Source: Bugula neritina (taxonomy: Eukaryota > Animalia > Bryozoa). Taken from it: a stretch of DNA of 64,000 nucleotides. The position numbers were made by a program, and so were the translations under genes. Position 1 is the first letter of the stretch. Each line of letters starts with the position of its first letter. The stretch covers positions 15,223,289 through 15,287,288 of the forward strand of contig OZ037771.1 of NCBI GenBank assembly GCA_964035545.1, written 5' to 3'. The notes under the pieces are model-generated. The model was not told where the DNA came from, made no database searches, and saw only the letters and a program-made list of their open reading frames with translations. Below are positions 25,604 through 64,000 of the stretch, one piece after another.

Positions 25604-25687
<84 letters not shown>

Positions 25688-25737
25688 ATAGGTATACGAG
25701 AAACATTGTTATTTATTACTTTATTAGGTAAAGTAAT

Positions 25738-25780
25738 TACACTGATATTTCGGGTACCACTGTACCCATCTTCAGAGTAG
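25738..25780 (-). ncRNA. Minimal PLE-type hammerhead ribozyme (CUGAAGA..GAAAUAUC)
   Basis: TACT CTGAAGA T GGGTAC agtg GTACCC GAAA TATC AGTG. Confidence 0.65.
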
Positions 25781-27237
25781 CAATGAATGAAATTCAAAAA
25801 TTATTATGTTACGTTAGACGTTATGCATGACACAAAGAGTAGAGAGTGGCAGTTATTGTAAATTATTGAAACTTAGGGAGATAATCTTATTTTATATATT
25901 ACGCAGGTCAAAAATTATACTGATTTTTTTGCATAAAAAATAAATTAGAGTTGACAAAAAAAGAGATATCCAAATATAAAAACAGCAAGAATTAGTGAAA
26001 CTATGTGAGAGTTGAGTAGTGTGGAGCTATTGATATAGTTTTAGTGGTATGGAGTAATTTTGTTTATTGAGTTGCGGTTTTATTTGTTTAATGTAGAGAG
26101 CTTCGGCTACTTTTCGATGGTGGATTCCTTTAAATGAATGATTTAAAACTGTTACATTGTCTATTGATATGTTTCCATGATTAGTGGTGGAGATGTGTTG
26201 ATAAATTTTGGAATTGATGTCATGGCAGTGTTCATGTATCCTGTGTGATAGGCGACGTCCGGTTTCGCATACATATGTTTGTTGACAGGTAGCTTCAGGG
26301 CAGGTTATTTTGTAGACTAGGTTGTGAATGTGTTCTTTATTGGTTTTATCTTTGAGATTAAAATGTGAACTTAAGGGGGTTCCTTTAAATAAAATCCGGG
26401 CATTGAGTTCATTTGAAAAAGAGTCTGTAATTAATTTATTGAGGGAGCAGATTAGTTTTTCTCCTGTTACTCCTTTATAAGGCAGCTGGAGTAAAATGTG
26501 TTTCCTGTTGTCTTTTTCACTGAGTAGTCCGTCACCAATGTTGTTATTAGTTTTCTCTATTACATATTTAGAGTAACCATTTTTATGTTCAAAAACATTT
26601 CGAATATAGTTAAGTTCTTGGGTCTTAAGTGCTGGAGTAGAACAGATTTTATTAGCCCTTAATACTAGTGACTTGAGTGTGCTTAGCTTCCACGTTTTTA
26701 GTGAGAAAGAGTTCCAATGTAAATATGTATCGTTATGTGTTGGTTTGCGGAATACTGTGGTTTCCACTGAGCTATTGTGTCGCAAAACTGTAACATCCAG
26801 AAAAGAAAGTGATTTATCAACACATCTCCACCACTAATCATGGAAACATATCAATAGACAATGTAACAGTTTTAAATCATTCATTTAAAGGAATCCACCA
26901 TCGAAAAGCAGCCGAAGCTCTTTACATTAAACAAATAAAACCGCAACTCAATAAACAAAATTACTCCATACCACTAAAACTATATCAATAGCTCCACACT
27001 ACTCAACTCTCACATAGTTTCACTAATTCTTGCTGTTTTTATATTTGGATATCTCTTTTTTTGTCAACTCTAATTTATTTTTTATGCAAAAAAATCAGTA
27101 TAATTTTTGACCTGCGTAATATATAAAATAAGATTATCTCCCTAAGTTTCAATAATTTACAATAACTGCCACTCTCTATTCTTTGTGTCATGCATAACGT
27201 CTAACGTAACATAATAATTTTTGAACTTCATTCATTG

Positions 27238-27280
27238 CTACTCTGAAGATGGGTACAGTGGTACCCGAAATATCAGTGTA
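27238..27280 (+). ncRNA. Minimal PLE-type hammerhead ribozyme, inverted-arm copy
   Basis: Identical to 25738-25780 on the opposite strand. Confidence 0.65.
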
Positions 27281-27365
27281 ATTACTTTACCTAATAAAGT
27301 AATAAATCAACAATGTTTCTCGTATACCTATTTATAATCAAATTGCTAGCTCGTAAAGATATATT

Positions 27366-27413
<48 letters not shown>

Positions 27414-29344
27414 CAGAATAATTAATAGGGTTAAAACCTAATAAAGGCACAGCAAGATACATCACTGTATTATAATCTATAAACTAAACGTCACATTTCT
27501 AAGTTATGCAGGTGAAAGAACACCTAGGCTATACCATGTGTTTAATGTTCATGAATTATATTTTTCAACTACCGCATCCTCATTGTATCAACTCCTGTTG
27601 AATTGGATGTTATACTACAGTAAGATTATTGTAAATGTTCAAATCACATTTATATCCAGGTGTGATCAAACCCATTAAAAACTGGAGTGGCTACCAACCA
27701 CTACTCAACAGTGCCACTATATAATATACATGCTGCAGTGCATAGACTAAGGCTCTGGTCATTATTCATCAACAGAATGTATTGGACTATCAGAAAGCAA
27801 GTGATCTGTTGTTTATGTTGTACATAAAGTTGGAAATACTTTGTGTACGTAGGTCCTGTATTCCTAGAGGTGATCTTGGAAATATATAGTTACATGTTCT
27901 AATAATTACCATATTTTCAACTTAATATATAACTATAATGCATGGTTATATTGTGTTATATATACTTATATAGTTATATTATGTTATATAGACTTATATA
28001 GTTATATTATGTTATATAGTTATATTGTGTTATATATTATAAACTCATATAGTTTACATTTCTATGTTATACATTCCCTGCCAAGTATAAGAAGCCAAAC
28101 ACCTGCTATATCTAATTTAGGGTAAGTGGAATTAGCCAATGACCTAGTATCTAACTCTACGAAGCAGTTGTAACATTTAATCCTTACTCTGCTGTCTTAT
28201 AACAGACACCACAGTTACAAAATGATGTTACTAAGGAATATTATCAAATATACAATAGACTTACTTGGTGTAGTAGTTGTAGGCTTTCTATTTGTATAAA
28301 AAAATGCAAGTAAATTGAGCACACAGCGCAACAAAGCAAATATTCTATATGTTTAATCAGCTATGGCTTATACAATTGATCCTCTCCTTTAACTACTCTT
28401 TTGTGGCTTTTAAAAAGCATTATATTTTTATGCTAATATAAGCTCTGTTTACATAAAGAACTGCATTCATAGGTGTACTGTGGGAGCACCAGCTTGCAAG
28501 TCGGTGGTTTGAATCCTAGTGAGGGAGCAAGAAAAACGTTGTCATGAGAGAAAGTAATTTAAACTGTCAATTGTTAGGAGGATTTGCATTATTCTTACAC
28601 ACATTTAATCTCCATATCTGGGAACTAAAAGATTTGTTTAGAATGTGATGAGGGAGAAATTCAAAAGGTTTATTCATAAATGCACAACAAAAATGTTAGA
28701 AAATATAACAGAAATCAACAAATAAACAACTCAGGGTCCTCCACTATATATCAAGCTTTCTTCTTTGGGGTTTTCTGTAAAATAAATGGAGTTTGTTACT
28801 ATAATATTATGACATCATAGCAATGATGCTGTTACACAAATATAATATTTCATGCACAACTAATTGGTTTTCACCAAAACATTCAGCATGATACAAAATA
28901 CACAAGGGACTAGAGATACGAAACTGGACAATGCATAAAACAGTAAAAACAAGGAACCAGTTTTGATTCACTTTTATAGCTAAATTCAAAATCGATAAAG
29001 AATATAGAATGCAATATATAGAATTGTATCAGGTGCTCACATAGAATATAACATAATATACAATATTGACATTGTATCACAGCCTGTACCAGTAGAGGAG
29101 TTTAGTATAATAAACACAGTCCAGTGTCAAGGATTTAATAGTAAAGATATACCCTAATAGAAAGACAACTCCTAATACTCATGGAAACTATTATAAGTCA
29201 ATTGTAATTCCTTGATTATGGTAATGTGTGCTCTATTTTGTATTATGACAACTTTCAACTAAACTCAAGTGACACTTCTATGTATACTCTGAGTATGAAC
29301 TTAGCCTTATAAGTTGATACTAATAGACTGTGTTTTAGGAAAGT

Positions 29345-58513
<29,169 letters not shown>

Positions 58514-59481
58514 TGCTATTCTCTCTGTTTATCTGGTGAAAGAATGACCATCAACTGGATATTTCTGATACAAGAAAGAATTTATTCTGCTCCGGTAGAA
58601 TAGAAATGCTCCTGCAAATCACTACAAGTTAACGTACGTTGAAGGAAACTTTGCAAGTAGCTGTAGAACAGGTTTAGTAATTCAGTTAAGTGTAGAAACT
58701 TTAGAGTAAACCCTAACAGCTATACATTATATTAATAGCCCAGCAAAAGTTAGCTTTTAAGTTAATGCAGAAAATTGTATTGTGGAAATAAAGCTTCAAT
58801 GGGCCCTGGTTCTATGCACACAAATAGATGTGTATGAAGTAGGAAACGTGATGTAGGAATGAAGGCAACAATAGCTAACCTGTACAACTTGGTGTTCAAA
58901 GAGTTTAAATAAAATACAGGAGTCACATTTTCAGATGGGATGTTAAATGCCTCAGTGTTTTATTTGAATCAAAAATAAATTGTACAATGACCAAAGGCAT
59001 AATGATAATTATATTATAGATTAGTGAATGTAAATAATATTTCAGATAAGAGTTAATTTATAGACATACAAATGTTTACATAAACAAGGATGTGGTTAGT
59101 AGATGTTTAACATATTAGATGATCTAAAAATAGACTTAGACTTTAGAGTCAGTTGTTATGCAACTGATATCTGTTCTACATAGAGTAAAATTCTACAGAT
59201 AATTGATCTCTACACAAACATATAAAATGACAACAGACATCAATGCATATTCAGTTGTTTAAATTAATTCAAAAACACTAATTTATAAAAAGTTTTAACT
59301 TTGTTTGGTTTAAATAAAATAAAAAGTTTTACAATAAGTAAAATTTTGACAAAGGTAGAAATTAATCCATGAAAAACAGTACTAGCCTAGAAAATCACAG
59401 AAATGGAACCTCTGAAAATTAGACTGTGAGTGACGATAAGGATGAATAGCGAATAAATAGGAGCTAATAATTCCCAGACTG

Positions 59482-62063
59482 TCAGATGCTGCCTCTACCG
59501 ATAGAGTTAGTCGCTGACGATTGACCGAACACTCGGTCCTCTCTGTCATTCTCCAGCAGCTGGTGGGTTTCATTGTGGGACTCGGATGGTTCGGATGCGT
59601 CGGTGGCCTTCTTAGTGGCACTAGAGATGTCCCGCCAAGAGATGTTCATATCCCGGAAGGCGTTTAGTAGGAAGATACCCCCTACCACTGTGAGGAAACC
59701 ACACAAGTTCCCCAGTACGTCCTTCACGTTCATGTTACCCCACTCCTACAATACAGCAGTGTGGGTTGTCTTAGCATGGAGAGCAGATAACTACTGATAC
59801 TACTACTACTAGTACTAGTAGTAGTAGTAGTACTAGTACTACTACTACTACTAGTACTACTACTAGTACTACTACTACTACTACTAGTAGTAGTAGTAGT
59901 ACTACTACTACTAGTACTACTAGTGCTACTACTAATACTACTAGTACTACTACTACTGCTACTACCACTAATACTAGTATTACTACTAATAGTACTACTA
60001 CCAGTACTATTAATACTACATTGCAGTTACCACTACCACTACATTGAAGCTACATATAGTTTGACTATTACCTTATACAAGATAGCCGAAGCAATGATTA
60101 CAAAAGTTGTGAAGAAGACGTAGTATATGGGAGTGACTACGGAGGTGTTGAAGGTATCTAGAGCTTTGTTGAGGTAAATCATCTGTATGCATATACACAC
60201 AGTCAGCTGCACTATGAAGAAGTATGTTAGCCAATTCACAAACTGGTTTTGACCTGCAATACAATTAAATAAAAGGTTATTATATAATATTATATAGTAT
60301 TATATATAAGATATTATATAGTATTATATATAAGATATTATATAGTATTATATATAAGATATTATATAATATAACATAAAGTTTATCACATATCTTCTGT
60401 TGGATTATTGAATAACAACTCAGGATGATACCACACATGAATTAATTATAACTTTCTGTAGTTGAAACTCAACACATAGTAAGAGTTCTACAAGGCCACA
60501 CTGTGAGGAGAGCGGGTGGGAGGGGGGGTGAGGTACGTACCGTGTATAGTCTGCACTATAGCGAGTCCGATAGCCTTGCATCCCATGACGGACAGAGAGC
60601 CCACGACTGAGCATATGATGATATATATGAGTACGTTCTGCTGCCCCATCTTAGGGGCGTAGTAGAAGATCATGACGAGGGAGACTATGGCTACGAGACA
60701 CACGTACACTATGAATCCTGCAACATTACAATACACAACACTGTATGTGTGTTACGCTGTAGAATAGCATGTAACACAACCCTACAAGCTAGTACAACTA
60801 CTACAGTGTTATATCTCATCACGTGACAGCATATTAGTCATAGTATCATATGCAATGTTTACATTAATCTCTGATAGTAGGCATTGATGGAAATTACAGC
60901 AGGCTGAGCTCAATGAAACTGCTCTGTATTTATTATTCAGTCACAGTGACACAGTGAGTATCACTCAGTCAACTGTGACTGAATGATACTCAGTCACAGT
61001 TGACTGAGTATCACTAAGTCACAGTGACTGAGTAATACTAAATCACTGTGACTTAGTGATACTCAACTAACAGCTAGGTACAGCCATGGTTAGACTGAGC
61101 ACCAAGCAGCTGTCTAAACAGATAGGGAGAGGTAAGACAGAAGCCCTACCCGGATCAATAAGTTTCTGTGCTAACTCTGCCATGGTGGTGACTTGCTGCT
61201 CCTCAGGAGAGTGTATGACTATGACGGTGGACCCCACCACACACAGACTACACCCCACCTTGCCTATCAGATTCAGTCTTTCTTTCAGGAAATACGAGGC
61301 TAGCAGAGCTCTGGAATAAAGTGAATACAACATACTAGGAGCTAAGGCTAGCACTGTTTACTCTACATACTAGGAGCTAAGGCTAGCACTGTTTACTCTG
61401 CATACTAAGAGCTAAGGCTAGCACTGTTTACTTTACATACTAAGAGCTAAGGCTACCACTGTTTACTCTACATACTAAGAGCTAAGGCTACCACTGTTTA
61501 CTCTACATACTAGGAGCTAAGGCTAGCACTGTTTACTCTACATACCAAGAGCTAAGGCTAGCACTGTTTACTCTACATACTAGGAGCTAAGGCTAGCACT
61601 GTTTACTCTACAAACTAAGAGCTAAGGCTAGCACTGGAGTTAGACTCGAGGCTAGAAGAGAGAAGGCAGCTGTTACTCACGCCACTATAACGCTGAGGGC
61701 ACCGAGGGGTGTGACCAGCGATGCCGGGGCAAAAGCGTAAGCTGTAAAGTTGGCAGCTTCCCCGCCGGCCATCAGCAGTAGCCCCGCCCACCACATGGGC
61801 TCCTTCAGGTAGCCATAGCCCCCGTCTCCAGCTCGCACCGAGAGGTTTAGCAGCCCCTTCTTCTTGAACACAAAGCTGGCCCCAATGAAGAGACTGGAGC
61901 TACAGGCTAGTGCCACGCCCACATAGAACTCGGTGAGTGACGTCGTAGGCTCGGTGGCTGTCATTGGAGAGGATTGGTTGGTGACGGTGGGCAGCACTAG
62001 CGGCGTGGTGGTGGCAGCAGAGAGGTTGGAGGTGAGTCCTTCCCCGAACTGGCTCTGTCCACT
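59482..62063 (-). CDS. NIPA2: NIPA-family magnesium transporter (NIPA2-like); start exon not located
   Basis: Exons 62063-61681, 61310-61150, 60717-60541, 60253-60072, 59745-59482. Motifs: [101 protein letters not shown]. Confidence 0.93.
59790..60040. repeat. (ACT/AGT)n-type intronic microsatellite in NIPA
   Basis: Direct reading. Confidence 0.9.
61331..61635. repeat. 35-bp intronic minisatellite in NIPA (CATACTAGGAGCTAAGGCTAGCACTGTTTACTCTA, ~8.5 copies)
   Basis: Direct reading. Confidence 0.95.
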
Positions 62064-62714
62064 CTACAAGTACACGAAGTAGTAGCTGGCTAGCTGCTGA
62101 CATACACACAGTCTACTGTCTCATAGTACACCCCGGGAGATTAGCTAGGGTGTCACGTGACCCCCAGTATGATACAATGTCATCACAACACCAACAGAAA
62201 TAGAAAGGTAAACCGTCATGTTTAGTTAACAACTAGGAGTTTGACTTTGAAGCTTAGAATTGTGAAATAATACAAGTTTTATGGACACAAGTCTAGCATA
62301 TTAGAGCGAGTTTAGCATTATGGGAAGGTAAAAAAAATTCAGAGTTAGGTTTGCATATCCCAGAGTAGTATAACTAAACGGTGAAGAACAAACGGATAAT
62401 CATCATCATTGTCTGTGCTAGAAAATTAGATTTAGAAGAAATTTGAAAGAAAATAAAAACAATCAGCAGAAAAGAATAAAATTTGTTAGAAAAACATTTC
62501 TTGTGTAGTGAATACTATACAGAGTAATACTAGCTTTTCGATTTAGTTTCAAAACTTTTTCAATTATACTATTTTCTGTGGCAAAACAGTTGTGTAGAAC
62601 ACCAGTTGGTGTGAGGATGAGTGGCAGACAGACAACTGCGTGCAAAGGCCAGTGGAGGGCAGCAGAAGCTGGTTAATGTGGCACCACATCCCCCTGTTAA
62701 CTGCACCATTACAG

Positions 62715-62892
62715 CCACTTGGGTGGGCATGACACAACCACTTGGGTGGGCATGACACAACCACTTGGGTGAGCATGACACAACCACTTGGGTGGACATG
62801 ACACAACCACTTGGGTGGGCATGACACAACCACTTGGGTGGGCATGACACAACCACTTGGGTGGGCATGACACAATCACCTGGGTGGGCATG
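62715..62892. repeat. 23-bp minisatellite (CCACTTGGGTGGGCATGACACAA, ~7.5 copies)
   Basis: Direct reading. Confidence 0.95.
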
Positions 62893-64000
62893 CATGAATC
62901 AAGTTACTTCACTTGAGCATCACTTGGAAACTGTTAGACTGTAAGTTGATACAACACTCCTAAGTATGTGATACTCAGCAATGTGTAGGAAGACCCGGTA
63001 TAACAGACGGGAAGGGGGGGGCTCCAGATTGGCATAGGGGGTTGAGGGATACTTATACTATGAGGGTTTAAGCCCCTCTGTGGACAGAGTTCTTTCGATT
63101 GAAATTGTGTATAACTCTATTCTGTGGTGAGCGAGTAAAATTAGTTAGAGGTTTTAGCAAATACTGAATAAAAGAAAACTATTCTATGCTAAAAGATGAT
63201 TGTGGTATTCAAGTGCAGACAACCCTTGAGCACACAGGCTATGAGCACACAGGCTATTTACCATGATTTGCTCAGATCTCTAAAATCAAGAGAAGAAACA
63301 AAATTACACAATTTCTTGAATTATAAGCTAGACTAACATATGGTTGACACTGTTTAGTTTAGATATAAATTCACAACATACTATATGCAATTCACTACTA
63401 TACAATGTGATTACATATCGGCTGTAAATAAAAATAAAGATAAATGAAATATAATATAAAATGAAGTGTGATTGTCACCAAATTTTATAAATCGATATTG
63501 ACTCTTTTCATCAAATTTCTGAGCAGATTTAAATGTTAGTCTGCAGCAAGTTCAATGTAACTACAATTCTATTTATAACAGCCTGTGCCCTGTTGGTATA
63601 AGCAATCATTTAGCAACAACCTAATACTGCAACTGTATAATGCAATTATCTACTTAAAATGTGAAGAATGAAACAAAAGCAGTGAATGTTAGGTGCAACA
63701 AGCCCAGGCAAGCACACAGAGAAGTGAAAGACTTGATGTAGGTTAGTGCACGTACTCTATATAAGTTGGTGTACATACTCTATGTAGGTTAGTGTACGTA
63801 CTCTATGTAAGTTAGTGTACGTACTCTATGTCCAGGTCTCTACCAAAGACAACATGTACTGTATAAGCGTATGAAGTGGATACAGTGGGTACAGTATACT
63901 CTAGTCAATGAAAGGTTAAACTAACATAACTGAAGTCACTTAGTGAACTTGGCACATAAAGAAAGGGATTAACTCTGCCATGCTGGAGCAGGCAGCTGCT

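Larger units (their letters stand above)
24800..25608 (-). mobile_element. Truncated Penelope-like element (GIY-YIG C-terminus 25143-25470) flanked by inverted pseudo-LTRs
   Basis: TYVGTSETEFKTRLYNHKSTF..ELSKYIW..CNLCLWEK..LNNRNE..CRH. 24800-24925 and 25485-25608 are inverted copies; (TA)n on both sides. Confidence 0.9.
25680..27360 (-). mobile_element. Penelope/Poseidon-type PLE: RT thumb + GIY-YIG (26027-26812) with a ~525-bp inverted duplication (26812-27338), inserted in (TA)n
   Basis: SFLDVTV..VFRKPTHNDTYLHWNS..LPYKG..LVYKITC..C..TYVCETGRRLSHRIHEH..RKVAEALYIK..PQLN. The arms are near-identical. Confidence 0.92.

Noticed and set aside
28480-28535. B-box-like GGTTTGAATCC (tRNA or SINE)
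   Set aside because: No cloverleaf or clear A-box; at most a decayed SINE head.
59771-60123. Poly-Val/Leu hydrophobic ORFs
   Set aside because: (ACT)n microsatellite in a NIPA intron.

Overview
Eukaryotic, AT-rich, intron-rich invertebrate-type genomic DNA with no prokaryotic features; the taxon cannot be fixed from sequence alone. Four protein-coding genes, all on the minus strand. (1) The first coding exon of an IAP/BIR paralog at the left edge. (2) A complete 10-exon inhibitor-of-apoptosis gene (3 BIR + UBA-like + RING, ~641 aa, 15968->4272). (3) A giant type-I membrane protein that I assembled by hand from 63 phase-compatible GT-AG coding exons (58513->29345, ~3,358 aa): signal peptide - two LRR cassettes - ~9 EGF - ~5 SRCR-like - ~15 EGF - MAM - ~10 EGF - TM - short tail without TIR. 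(4) A NIPA-family Mg2+ transporter. The 17-27.5 kb intergenic block holds a decayed LINE, candidate MITEs, a candidate solo LTR and a (TA)n-anchored nest of Penelope-like retroelements. These have inverted pseudo-LTRs and seven recognisable minimal hammerhead-ribozyme motifs of four sequence types. Many introns contain a private minisatellite that starts at a splice site, and several repeat units duplicate the splice junction itself.
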